A DNA stretch of 63,441 bases, the filler included, from Conidiobolus incongruus B7586 (lineage: Eukaryota), in the NCBI GenBank assembly GCA_000697335.1. It is 9 parts of 9 records of this genome, joined end to end, with 100 filler letters (N's around TTAATTAATTAA, not from the genome) between each part and the next. Parts side by side here need not be neighbours in the genome. Positions count along the whole stretch, not along the records: positions 1 to 5,867 come from JNEM01004157.1; positions 5,968 to 14,925 come from JNEM01004158.1; 7 more parts are not named here. One strand, written 5' to 3'. The notes under the pieces are model-generated. The model saw nothing but the letters and a program-made list of their open reading frames with translations, was not told the DNA's origin and did not search any database. Shown here one piece after another: positions 1-12,848 of this stretch; within the stretch, counting starts at the first letter, position 1; each line of letters opens with the position of its first letter. The translations under genes were made by a program, and so were the position numbers.

Positions 1-2257
1 AATAATTTTATAATTAAACTTAAGATTTTATATTAAGAAATAATATTGGAAAAAAATCTTCATTATATAAAAAATATCAAAAAATTAATATAAATATTAA
101 AAAAGATATTGGATTTTTTTAAACATTAATATTGAGTTCTGAGAATTATTAAATCAATCATATTTAATATTCATTTAATATAATAATAACTAATAACCTA
201 AAGTTAGTTAATTTTGCAAAAAGATTATATAAATATTTTATAATATATAATAATAAAATCCCAAGATATTATATAAAATTATTAAAATTTTAATCAGACC
301 CTGTTGGTTTTATATTAAAATATTTCAATTGGCTATAAAAAGTAATTATAATCAAAATAATAAAGGGGTTGAACTAAAATTTATATATAAATATATATAA
401 AGATAATATATCGGATAAATTATTGATCAAAAATAACCTAAGGATTTAATAGTTATATTTATTCCTTTAGTTTTTCATAATATAAATTATATATAATATA
501 TCGATATTTATCTTATAAATAAATAAATCTATTAATATTAAAGATAATTTGAAAAATATTAATTATTATAAATTTAAATTAAAGGATTCAATATCAAACT
601 AATATATATATTCATAAAAAATAATTTGAATAAAGGTTTCAATATAACTCTAATTAATTGAATTTTCAGGAATAAAAGAAAAAAATTAGTTTGTAATTAT
701 TTAGTATATATAGATTTTTTTAGTAATATAATCTAATATTATCATTCAAACTATTATATTTATTAATTAAATAATTTAATGTTATTAATTAAAATATTTA
801 GGGATTATTATTTTAATATTAATTCATTTATTATAATATAATTAAATTTTGTATAATTTTAAGTCAAAAAACGGTATATATAGTAAATAAAAAGATTGAT
901 AAAATTAAAAAAATAAGGAAATAAAATAATAACTAATAAAATCAAAATATTAAGTAAATAGCTAAACTAAGTCAAAGTAAATACGAATATAATATTTTCA
1001 ATACTATTATATATTAATAAGTTATAAGATCTATTATATTAATTAAGGAAAGTGAAAGTATAAAAGAAATTAAATAGAAAATAAATAATAATAAACTAAT
1101 TTTAATAAAGCTCACTTCCTTTTTGAAAAGCCTATATTCACTAATTATTTTAAAAAAAAATAAAATATATTATATTATAAAAAATTTAAACATCAGGTCT
1201 AAATTAATAATATATTTAATATTTATAATATAAATCAATTAACTAATATTCTAAGCTTTATATATATTTATTAATATATTAAATTAAATATATATTTTTT
1301 TTTAAAATTATAATTTTAAATAAAATATTATTATATTTAATCTTTAATAATTTGATAATTTTTTTTATATTTGAATGATTTTAAAATTAACAACCTTTAT
1401 AATGGATATTTTTTTAAATACTATGTTTTAAAATAAACTCCATAAATAAAATCATTATTAAAAAAGTAATCATAATATAATTTAATATTTTATAAATTAA
1501 TCCAGTTCTTTATTATATTAAGGTTATATAACTTAAAATTTAATATTAAATCATCATACAAGAATATCTAGAAAATAACCTATTCCTTGTATATTTATCA
1601 TCTCTGGATCAAATAATTGATACAATAAATAATATAGGATCTGGTTAAAATCTAATAAAAAATAAAAATATCAAAATATATCCTTTAATTATAGATCAAC
1701 AGCCATTATAAATGAGAGATAATATGGACTTAACTAACAAATTAAGATAGAATGGTAATTTCAAAATTAAATAATTAAATATAATCAAATAAATTATTTT
1801 TAATTTTTTTCTGAAATTATTAATATATTAAAAAATCAGAAATTTAAAAAATTATCCTATTTATTTGATTTGGAGGAAATAAAATATTTTATATTAATAC
1901 ACATTTCCCTTTCTCATTTTTTAACAAAATAAGTTGGCAAAAAAATTTAATTGAAAATATAATAAAATCTAAAATATATTTTTAAATTCAAATACTTTAA
2001 TATTAGTAAAAATAATAAATTTGATCAAATTTGATATTTTTAATATTCTGGTGCATACAAATTCAATAGGATTCGTCAATTGAAATAATAAATTGGTATT
2101 ATTCGATTAATAATTATAATATTGACTGATTTATTTATTATTTTGATTAATAATATATAATATATAAAAAATGCAAAATTATTATAATATTATTAAATTG
2201 TTGGAAATATCTATTTATTTTTTTGGAAAAAGATATTAAAATTAATTTTTTGATTAT

Positions 2258-3682
2258 TTAATCCATTTTAATTCTAAATGAATTACAATAATTCAAAAAG
2301 CATAGTATTGCTAAAATATACCATAGAAAGTGATAATCGAAGGGATATGGCAATTGATAGGTTAAACTATAACTATATAATGTACCACATAATGTAGGTG
2401 CTATAGACCGACAAATAGCACCGATAGTTTGACCTAATCCGTTTAATTTTCCCAAGTTACTAGTATCATCGGCACTTTCTACCAATAGAATATTGATACT
2501 AGTAAAGCCCAAAGTATTACAAGCAGTTCTCAATAGTGTTAAAGCATACAAACATACATACATGAATATTGAATAACCACTATTTCTAACAATTAAATTA
2601 ACCATTGGAATCAAGATACATATGATGATATACAATGGGAAAACATTGCGATATAATCGCAAAGACCCAAAATATCTCTGAAGCCTTGGATAGAATAGTA
2701 GTTGGAAGACTAAAATGGCGATACCATTGGATGAAAAAACGGTAGCGACGTCGGTATGTTCAAATTCCAACCCACCCAAAGAAATTTTTGTGGCTGACCA
2801 TAGTACGAATAATTCGTTGTACATGACTCCACTAAGTGCCATAATGCCTAAGCCATACATAACATTTATACTGTTTTGAGTGATTGCTTTAGATTGAATT
2901 TTATCAACGGCTATATAAGATGAACTAGATCCCACTAAACTTTCGGAATCGGATGAAATTCTATTGGGACACTTTGATTTCAATGTCTCTTCTAAGAAAT
3001 AGTAAGCGAACAGAGCATTCAATACATTAACAGTGCCGGCGAAAGCGCATGGCAAAAAGTAAGGATATTCCATGAAAAACTTGTTGCCTCCAAACAACCA
3101 AGGAATTTTCTTTGCGGGATCCGTTAATACACCGCCAATAGCTGGACCGAACACATTGCCCAGACCGAACATCATGGGCAAATAACTAAATCCCTTAGCT
3201 CTGTTGGTTTTATCTGTCATTTCGCCAACCATGGTTTTAACAACACCTACATCACCATTTAAAATTCCACTCAAACATCTTGTTAACACAGCCCATAAAA
3301 GGGACTTACTCAATCCAAACAAGAACAAACCCACAGCAGAGCCCAGTAACCCACAAATGATTACAGGTTTTCTACCAATACGATCGGATAGAGTGCCCCA
3401 ATATAAGCTGGTACATGCTTGAGCTATTGCAAAGCAAGAAGCGATATATCCAACATAGCACCCGATTTCGGCTTCTTCCTTAGCGATACCGAAATCGCGC
3501 ACCATGTAGTAAATGAAAGGGAATATGATACTGAAAGCCAAAGGCTCTGAGAAGCGCACAATTAGTAAGATAAGGAATTGAGGCTGTGGCAAAGGGGTAA
3601 TTGATTCTTGATTATAGTCTTTGTTGTCATTGAGTAAAGGTGTATTTTCATTATTATTTTTAGTATTAGAATTATTAAACAT
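2258..3682 (-). CDS. Major facilitator superfamily transporter (12-TM, ZIFL/YCR023C-like), intronless, 474 aa
   Basis: Long GC-enriched ORF with many hydrophobic segments; MFS motif A-like GTLSDRIGRKP; GILNGDVGVVKTMVGEMTD and GPAIGG segments; N-terminal ENTPLL acidic-dileucine-like sorting motif. Confidence 0.93.
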   Translation of the reverse strand: MFNNSNTKNNNENTPLLNDNKDYNQESITPLPQPQFLILLIVRFSEPLAFSIIFPFIYYMVRDFGIAKEEAEIGCYVGYIASCFAIAQACTSLYWGTLSDRIGRKPVIICGLLGSAVGLFLFGLSKSLLWAVLTRCLSGILNGDVGVVKTMVGEMTDKTNRAKGFSYLPMMFGLGNVFGPAIGGVLTDPAKKIPWLFGGNKFFMEYPYFLPCAFAGTVNVLNALFAYYFLEETLKSKCPNRISSDSESLVGSSSSYIAVDKIQSKAITQNSINVMYGLGIMALSGVMYNELFVLWSATKISLGGLEFEHTDVATVFSSNGIAILVFQLLFYPRLQRYFGSLRLYRNVFPLYIIICILIPMVNLIVRNSGYSIFMYVCLYALTLLRTACNTLGFTSINILLVESADDTSNLGKLNGLGQTIGAICRSIAPTLCGTLYSYSLTYQLPYPFDYHFLWYILAILCFLNYCNSFRIKMD

Positions 3683-5867
3683 CTTAGTTAAATTAATTAA
3701 TCAATTTATATTAAAAATCGATTATCACGTATATTTATATGAATGAAAAAATTAATATGATTATTTAAGTATAAAATATTTATAAAGTGATTCAATTTTG
3801 GATTCTATTTTTACTTTATTTTGAGTTTTTTTGAAATCACAATGTTTAGTTTTCATTAATTGTAATGCACTTATTTTGGTAATTTAGAAATAAATTTCAT
3901 GATTTAATGAAGAACCCTTAAGCTTGAACTCTGCTTTAAATTTTCTTAGGGGTAATTTGTTTATCCATGCTATTCAATAATTGCCATTGATATTTTAATA
4001 ATATTGACGGCTTTAATAAAATTATAATTTGTCTGAAATCTGAGAATAACTTTTGACTTAAATTAAATAGGGAATAGTAGATTAATTAATTATTAATCAG
4101 CCCTGTTGGAATATACTATTACATCATATTAAAATAACACAATTTTGGATTAATGAAATTGTTAAAATTTAGCTAGAAGATACTAGATCACCATTAGTCA
4201 TTAATCGTGATCAAATTTGTAAAGGATTTATATTGGTTGGTTTAGTGTTACAATGCAAATGCATAATCGAATTTAATTTATTTTTACCTATTAAATTTTA
4301 GAAATTGTCAATTTTATAAAATTGGGAGTGAAAGTGATTACCAAATTGTGATGAAAGTAAATTAACATTATAATTAAAAAAACTTTATATTAGTTTTATA
4401 ATAATTCTTAAGTATATTTTTCATCTTAAGTTGTTAATATAATGGTCAAAATATATTATTCTCGGTGTTTATCCCACGTGGTTATCCAAAATTCACTTCA
4501 TTAATTAAGTGTCATTAATTCATAATATTGTTGTCATCCAATTGAAACTATGGCTAGTTGACCTTTTTTTCATTCCAAAATAAATCTAGTATACCAAAAT
4601 TGCTACATTGTAATTAATGGCAATATTTCAAAATATTTAATCAACTCTGAGATATTTTAATATTCTTGGATTTACATTTTTTTTTGTTTTCATTTTTTAT
4701 TTTATTGAATCAAGATGTTGAATGATTTTCATATAAAAATTGATATTTAAATATCACCAAATAATATTATAAAGTGATATAAATCACTCGGATATTATTT
4801 TTAATCGTTGTTTTTATCAGTCTTAATGAATCAATGCTTTATTAAGATATTGATTTTTCCATAATTTAATAATTTCAAACCTAACAGTGTTTCAAAATTA
4901 CAGAAAATTTTGTTTTTATAAAATATCATTAAATATTAATAATTGGAATAATTGGAAATATAATCTAATATATCTGTTAATATTAAAATTGATCAAAGTT
5001 GCTCATATGATAATATATTAACCGTCAACATAATTAAGTATTATTATTAACACATTTGGGTTTTTTTAATATACTAACCCGACCTTATAAAATAATTTTT
5101 ATTTTATTTACTCTGATCGGTAAAATATTACTTTATATTTTAATTAATGAGACTATTTTGAGATTAAAAATAAATAAAAATTTTAATATATAGTTTACAA
5201 AGATAGATACATGATATAAAACCAATACTTTCTTTTACTATTAATAACTTTTTGTTTGATTTTTAACGAACTTCCAATATTTAAAAATAGTTCTCTTTAA
5301 TAAACACTAAATTTAATATAAGAATCCTTTTTCCTATAAGCTTATTTTTCAATTAATTATAGTAATTATGATTATATAGGATATAACTAAGTGAATATAA
5401 TAAATATAATATCTTCTTTTAATATTTTGATTATTAAATTTTTGACAACTTTATATATTTTAAAATAATTATAAAAAACAATAAATATCTTTAAAAAATT
5501 TTAAGAATTCTAATTAAATATAATTTAATTTGAATAAAAACAATTTAAACTTATTATTAACTGATTTTGTTTTATTAACTAAATAATAATAACATATTTA
5601 TTTATAAACAAAATTATAATTTATTGAATATTATATATGGAATTGTTTTAACTTAATATAATGATTTAATTTGATTTTTTATAAAAAATATTGAAAATTA
5701 TCTTTAATTAATTATTTATAATAACTTATTATAAAAACCTTGGTTTTAAACTATACTTTATTATATTTTATTTAATAATGACTATTCTAGCTTTTTAATA
5801 CTTTTGTTAAACTATAGTCTATTTTTTTATATTTTTATTAAATAATCTTAGCTTATATTTTAATATA

Positions 5868-5967
5868 NNNNNNNNNNNNNNNNNNNNNNNNNNNNNNNNN
5901 NNNNNNNNNNNTTAATTAATTAANNNNNNNNNNNNNNNNNNNNNNNNNNNNNNNNNNNNNNNNNNNN
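5868..5967. other. Artificial contig linker (44 N + TTAATTAATTAA + 44 N)
   Basis: Identical 100-nt pattern occurs 8 times; TTAATTAATTAA gives stops in all six frames. Confidence 0.98.
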
Positions 5968-6588
5968 ATATATTTTATTATATTAATATAATAATATATT
6001 TGAAAAATAAACAATATAAAAAATTTCTTAAATCTCCAATATTATAGGAATAATAAATATTATATATCTACTTAAATATATTTTGAAAATTATATTTATC
6101 ATAGCTCTTTTATTTTAATAACAATAATATTTATGCTACTATATCTTTTAATAAGTTATTTATGATTTACCCAAAATAAAATTTTAGAGAATCAATATAT
6201 TATAAATATTATATATATATATAAGTTGATATATATAATATTAATAATCAACTTATACTTTTATTATAACCATAATAATAAAAAATTATTTCAAAAATCT
6301 AGGATATATTAATATAATTTTTTTTAGATTTTATATAATATTTAATGATATTTTATTAATAGATTAAACATCTTAAATTCAAAAAATATTTATATTTCTT
6401 TGTAATTAAAAGTTATAGTATTAAATATTGATTTTCATATAATGGTCAGTGATAATTAGTTTTCAACTAAAGATGGAATACAATGAATATTAAGGTATTA
6501 TATCAATGGATAATAAATAAACAAATAAATATAGTGAACTCAAGATCAATATATTACCTGAGCCACTATTTTAAAATCAATTAATTCG

Positions 6589-7066
6589 TCAAAAACCAAA
6601 TTTTACCAACAGAAGTGATGCTTCAGGATATGCTGCTAAAGTCGTCAATCCTGTAGAAAATGAATTGGAATGGATTATCGAGTAGGATATATAATCTGTG
6701 AATTAGCCAACGTCATTATACCCTCTTGAAATTGGAGCATTAGTAACCAGTAAATATTCCTAAACATATTATAATTTCTGGAGCCGAGTGATGATATTAA
6801 TGTTTTTTGGTTTTGATTGGGAGGCTTTGGAAAGTAATATAGGTGCTAATAAATTGAATAATATGCCTTTGTATCTAAAAATTGAAATATTTGTCAAAAC
6901 TAGATAAGTCAATTGATAGTGATATATCCAAAGGGTTATTTGGAGTAATTGGAACAATTGGTCCATTTGACATTTAGCAGACTAGGGATTGCACCAAACT
7001 AACAAACTAAACACCATATAAAAATAATTAACTATTGTAAATTATTACTAAAAGTTTATTTACCAA
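6589..7066 (-). pseudogene. Pseudogenised third paralog of the secreted repeat-protein family (cf. 9962-10435 and 12084-12848)
   Basis: Manual minus-strand translation across frames gives LVNKLLVIIY (cf. MISNKLFLIIIY), PIVPITPNNP..IDLSSFDKY (cf. PGEPIPPNDP..FDMSMINDY), PKNINIITRLQKL*YV*EYLL (cf. PENTGITGKLWNAWAGAKEYM), TDYISYSIIHSNSFSTG (cf. DDFIQYIVEHPVEFGAG) and a tail ending VKFGF* (cf. STFGL). It has multiple stops and a frameshift. Confidence 0.7.
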
Positions 7067-9961
7067 TGAATAAAATGAAATGAAATTAATAAGTTGAAAG
7101 ATGAGACATTTGAACTACCAAATTGGATCAAATAGCAAATGTTTGTGGTAGAGGTTGAATTTTGCATCAAATAATGAAAATAATATTACTATTTGAATAT
7201 TAATCAAAAACAAGAAATCAAAATTATTTGAATATGGAAAAGATTTATAGATTATCAAATAGTATATCAGTGGAATGAAATCATGTTTGAATTAAGTTTA
7301 TATTTAAGGTATTAATAAATATTATAAACAAACTTTGATGGTTGATTTAAATGATAAATCATTTGAAAACCTAAGTCGCTTCTTATTTTCAATATATAAA
7401 TACGATATTTTCAGATTAAACACAAAATTTGAAACTATGATAGTATAAACGAATAATAATATATGTGAATTGGGATAGAACGTAGAGAGATATTGCTTAA
7501 AGGGTTGATGAATGGGGCCAGTGTTAAGGTTGGAAGTACATTAATTTGATTGATAGGGTTTGAGCTTGAGATAAAATACCAGATATGTTAATATAATGTG
7601 ATCAGAGTTAGTGCTGATAGTCAAGATTTTTTGACATGATATATATCTATAATAATTTATTATGACTCGATTAGAGTTGAAATTACAGTATTAGTGTATT
7701 TTTATTAAATTGTGTACTTATGTTGATTCTTTATGCTATTTTTTACTAAATATTGTAATTCAAAATATAACAAATAGTTAATTAGGAATATTTGAATTTG
7801 GTTTCATGATAAAACAAAGCCTATTTAATTTAATATAAATGCCTAAATTTTTATAAAATTAATAGTTTATTTAAAATCTCAATTGAATTGTTTGTAAATT
7901 AAGCCACAAATTTATTGCAACTTTACAATTTTTTCAAAATTTAAATGCATATTTCTTGATTATCATTTTTCGATTTTTGGTAAAAATATAATGTAAGATG
8001 TTGTTTTTGATATAAGTAAGCCATAGATATTTTCACGGTTTAGTATATATATATTCATAAAATAATTCGCGGGATATGAACCGTTGAATATTGGTCATAC
8101 ACTGAGAAATATATGTAATAGTTGAAAATTCACATATTATTTATAATCTAGTAATATCAATGATAAGAAGATTTTTGATTTTAATTATCGAAATACTAAT
8201 ATTAGTACATTTTTTACCCAAATGTATTAATATAATAGTTTATTATAAAATTTTTTGTTTAGATTATATGTTTAATTGGCTATCATTATAATTACTCCTA
8301 ATATTCTAAGGAAATTCATTTCATTTAATAATGAACTTGAAACTTTTCTACATTACTTTGATAAATTATCAGCCATATAATATATTTAAATTTCAAATAT
8401 ATAGAGTTTTTATGATATTAGACAAAGCATATATAAAAATTAACCATCCATACATATTTTTGAGTTTAAAATTAAATATATTACCTTTTATCATGATTTT
8501 TTGTATTGAACTGATTCACACTAAAATTTCACTAAAATAATTTAAAGGATAAATTTTCAAATCATTTGTTATAAAATGTTGAATAGGTTTGGAAATCATT
8601 GATGATATTATATTTATATCGCCCATTGTCAATATATTATATTTCAAATACAGCATATTGATAATGATGTAACAACTTGATAAATTGAAAATAGTTTAAG
8701 TACATTATAATTAATCCGGTACCAATTGATAAAACTTGGTTGTGCATCTATATTCCAAAATTATTAAGTGTTAGAAAAATCAATCTAATAATAAAAACCA
8801 ATTATATTAAACTGAACTACTGTTGTATTTCAAAGGCACTCGTCCGTCTTGATTCGACAATCAAGTTTTTATTACTCCTCATTTTTAGTGTTTTTGTTAG
8901 TCTGTAAACAAAGGATGTTCTTTAGCCCTTTATTAGAATTTAATTAAAACCTATTTCACTCAATGAATGAATTATTTAAACCAAGGAGTGACAAGGATAG
9001 AAAAGTTTTTTCTGGATATTCTGCTACAATGTCTCAACAGTAAGTAAACTTTAAGACATACAATCCCGATACATTAATGAGCATGGTTAATAAATAAGTT
9101 ACTAAATGGTATTGAGAGTACTTTTTTAACAAAGATCTTTTTACAAGACTTATTATAAAACACAACTTTACAAATCATATTTTTTATTATATCCATCAAT
9201 CACAATATCCCATTAATCTATTTTTTTCTAATATTCGTTTGTCAATGGAATTCTTAATCAATACGATTCATGTGATGAAGTTCAATATATATCCAATCAA
9301 AATTCTATATTATTACTAATTCCTAATATAATGATTATGAAGCTAACAAGAAATTTATCATATTAAAAATAATTTAATTTAAAAAGTTCTTAATTAATTT
9401 TATCTATATTAAGATATGGCATCTGAAATTTCAAAACTGCGGTCTATTATTAACTCATATGAACTTTGGTTATTATCAATGGTCAGAATATAATTCTAAA
9501 ATTCAATAAGTCAAACGCCAGTAAATATAGTAAAATAACATACCATATTATAGTCATATTCTTTATAATAACTCTGAATTGGAAATGTATTAATTATTAA
9601 ATATTATTAGAATTGATTTAAAATTGAAAGGATAAAAATTTATACATATAAAAAATTATATCTAATATTTTTATAATTTGTTATTTGCTTCTAAGATTAA
9701 TGAAAGTTATTTATTTCAATTGGTTAATTATATAAAGAATTCAATGTTAATTTTATATTTTTATTTTTTAATTTTTTGTATATTGATTAATAATTTAAGA
9801 ATTTAGAATTTAATGTTATAAAAGTTGTTTGAAAAAAATGTGATAAATTATAATGAATAATTGATTATTTTTTATTAACAAAAATAAAATATAGTGAATT
9901 CCAGTTCATTAATCTATTCAACATACTAGAATTTCAGACGAATTATTTTTCTGAAAGCATG

Positions 9962-10435
9962 TTAAGATAGGCCAGGCAATCCAAAGGTACTTGCAAAGTA
10001 AGTAATTCCTGCAGTTGCAGCTGTGGCACCTATTCCTCCTAAAATTTCAGTTTTATGATCATCAATCATTTTCAAATATCCTGGGAGTGCACCATTTTCT
10101 GAATTCAATCCCATAGATCCTAGGATGTCAGAGGATGGCAAAATTTTCTTCGCTTCTTCGAAGTATCTCATCATTTGTCCCGTAATACTGTCGTCCTGAG
10201 GCTTTTCGGGTTCTTTGGCAGCTGTAGATCCCAAGAAGCTAGCAATTGATTCAGGTACACTAAGTGATTTCACATAATCATTGATCATTGACATATCAAA
10301 CTTTAATGGTTCCACAGGTTGATTTGGATCATTTGGTGGAATTGGTTCACCTGGCAATCCAGCATCGGAAGGATTACTTAAAGCAAGGGAAGTCAAGTAA
10401 ACAAGGTTTAAGAATAATTTATTAATGGAAACCAT
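9962..10435 (-). CDS. Small secreted or surface protein, 157 aa, with signal peptide, Pro-rich linker and hydrophobic C-terminal tail
   Basis: The track ORF starts at GTG 10453; the first ATG is at 10435 (MVSINKLFLNLVYLTSLALS, signal-peptide-like). C-terminus is ILGGIGATAATAGITYFASTFGLPGLS. Clear similarity to 12084-12848. Confidence 0.82.
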   Translation of the reverse strand: MVSINKLFLNLVYLTSLALSNPSDAGLPGEPIPPNDPNQPVEPLKFDMSMINDYVKSLSVPESIASFLGSTAAKEPEKPQDDSITGQMMRYFEEAKKILPSSDILGSMGLNSENGALPGYLKMIDDHKTEILGGIGATAATAGITYFASTFGLPGLS

Positions 10436-12083
10436 AATTATACTCTTATACACCTGAAAAATATATTAATCAAAATGAATAGATATCTGGGCTTATTGTA
10501 TTAATGGCTCTATATATTATACTCAACAGAACTAGTTTTCGACTAAGCCACCAAAACATGGAACATTTTTTGACTTGAAGGCTAATTTAAATTTAATGAT
10601 CAAGGCTAATGGATTTGAAAAGTTAAAACCACAATCAAATTACAGGCTGTATTATAATATTATCTCATAAGATAATACTTTAAAATCATTAATACAATAA
10701 TACTCTTTGCTTTGAATATTAAAAATAATATTTATCAATAAAATAGTTCGATTTGAGAAATTTTATAATAAATAATATTTATTTTTCACAAACAGCTTAA
10801 ATATATAATATTTAACATTGAACATGTTCGCCAATCTAACCAATATTTTTCACCGCATATCTTTATAAATATGAGATAAATATTATCACCTTATCTAAAA
10901 ATAATGTCAAATTTATTTTCTACATTTCCGAACACTCAATTTTACATTAGCCATATTTACTAGGTTTTAGTTCAACTTTTTTCTCAAATGAATTTGGTAG
11001 ATAATTTAGAAAATTCAATTATCAGGCAATATATTAATAATATTAAAAGGTAATAAACCGTATATAATTTTAATATATATAACATTTCTTTGATTAATCA
11101 TATTGAATTACTATTGTCGATATAAAAGCATTCAATTCTGATCAAGACCATCGATATAAATAATGGTGATATTTTTATATTTAATAATACAATAATAAAT
11201 TGATATAGAATTCAATTTTATTGTATTACTAAATTACAAATTTTAAAACTCATTAAAAACTTTGAGATCGATTATTCAGTACAAATAGTAAAAATATCTA
11301 ACAGATTATCACAAATACAGCTTTTAATGTAATTAATCCATTAATATATGATGGATGACTAATATCTATTGTATTCAGTTTCCACATGATTCTGGTGAAT
11401 TCACTCAAGTGCATTTATACTTGGGTGCATAATGAATTTGAAATTATTTTTATTAATTTTAATTGTATAATTTATCAATTTAATAAAAATATCATATTAT
11501 ATTTTGTTTTATAATATCCACTATATATCCATTGATTAAGCAATTAAATATATAATTCAAAGGAAACATTTTTAAAATAAATATATCGGATAAATTTAAA
11601 ATTGAAATCCCTGTTAAGTGAATTTTTAATAATGTTTAGGTCAACTCTATCATTAATTTTTATAAGATTTTTTACAGGTGTAAAATAGTTTTTCTGATTG
11701 AACAATCAGATTAGTTAAAAATTAATACATATTTTGATATATTAAAAATAATGAAATTTTTCTATTCAGGCAAGGGTATAATGATTTTATTAATATTATT
11801 TGCTGTCATCATATTCTATTATTAAGATTTTCCTCGTTTTATTGTTTAATATTAAATGAGCAGGTATAATGAATGACTTATCAAACTGTTATATTTTAAT
11901 AACGCCATCATAAATGTAACTCAAGACTTTTAAAACTTGAAGCTTAATGATTATAAGCTATTTATAAAATATTCCAATTAATCTGTAACCTATTGTATTA
12001 CAGAATATTTATAAATAAAAAATAATCGAATTTATTCAGTCATTTCAGCATCAAATATAAATACAATATTTCAAAATCATCAT

Positions 12084-12848
12084 TTAAGTCGATTTTGAAA
12101 TGAAGTCTTGTATAGCATCTTCAGATATTTCTCCAGTTCCTGCTCCAAATTCTACAGGATGTTCTACGATGTATTGAATAAAATCATCAGCCACACTAGT
12201 CTTAGGCCCTAATCCGATAGATTTGAAAAAATCAGTTGATGGCATATATTCTTTCGCTCCTGCCCATGCATTCCATAATTTACCCGTAATGCCAGTGTTC
12301 TCAGGTTCGGATTGTAATCCAATTGTTTTTAAAATATCAGTAGATGGCAAATATTCTTTTGAATCATCTAACAATTTGGATAGTTTGCCAGCAATACCAG
12401 TATCCTCAGACTCGGAATTTAAACTAAAACTTTGCATGATGTGAGCTGATGGCAAGTATTCTAAAGAATCCTTCAATAATGTTGATATTTTGCTGGTGAA
12501 ACTTCTGTCATCCGAGTTGGATTCCGATTCTGCAACTCCTATACCTGATCCCAAAAAACTGGCTACCTTTTTTGTTACACCTAACGGATCAACATAGTCT
12601 GTAATCTTTGAATAATCAAACAGTTGACCTGATTGCTCATCAGTTGAAGATCCCAAGAAGGTAGTTAATTTTTTTGTTACACCAAACGGATCAACAATAT
12701 CGTTAAATGATGGAATACCCCAAGGCTGTATTGGCTCCATTGGAATGTTTGGAGGAATTGGTTCAATTGGCAATTCAGCATTGATAGGTTTACTAAAAAA
12801 TATGGAAATTAAGTAAATAATGATTAAGAAAAGCTTATTAGAAATCAT
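12084..12848 (-). CDS. Secreted protein, 254 aa, with 2 x ~34-aa and 3 x 35-aa internal repeats; paralog of 9962-10435
   Basis: Signal-peptide-like MISNKLFLIIIYLISIFFS; DP(F/L)GVTKK..FLGS at residues 53 and 87; EY(L/M)PS at residues 130, 165 and 200. Confidence 0.85.
   Translation of the reverse strand: MISNKLFLIIIYLISIFFSKPINAELPIEPIPPNIPMEPIQPWGIPSFNDIVDPFGVTKKLTTFLGSSTDEQSGQLFDYSKITDYVDPLGVTKKVASFLGSGIGVAESESNSDDRSFTSKISTLLKDSLEYLPSAHIMQSFSLNSESEDTGIAGKLSKLLDDSKEYLPSTDILKTIGLQSEPENTGITGKLWNAWAGAKEYMPSTDFFKSIGLGPKTSVADDFIQYIVEHPVEFGAGTGEISEDAIQDFISKST

Noticed and set aside
3204..3422. Short antisense or overlapping ORFs inside real genes (also 12223-12444, 25657-25872, 26013-26261, 26410-26646, 58515-58718, 58640-58888)
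   Set aside because: Shadows of GC-richer coding sequence with no motifs.
4474..4481. CCACGTGG bHLH (Pho4/Cbf1-type) site ~800 nt upstream of the MFS gene
   Set aside because: Single short motif with no supporting context.
5912..5923. Recurrent TTAATTAATTAA as a biological repeat or CRISPR-like repeat
   Set aside because: Always embedded in fixed-length N runs; it is a six-frame-stop assembly spacer.
7460..7640. G-rich patch as an LTR
   Set aside because: No matching TG..CA termini with a target-site duplication were found.
8331..8540. Short I/F/K/N/Y-rich ORFs in AT DNA (also 12866-13057, 16613-16846, 18217-18435, 23681-23872, 34202-34420, 36331-36522, 50107-50388, 50356-50541)
   Set aside because: Composition mirrors the AT background, starts are often non-ATG, and no protein features are recognisable.
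10454..10522. Possible 5' UTR intron of the 157-aa secreted gene (GTATAA...TTTCAG on minus)
   Set aside because: Plausible, but the interval also holds a TATA-like element; undecidable without transcripts.
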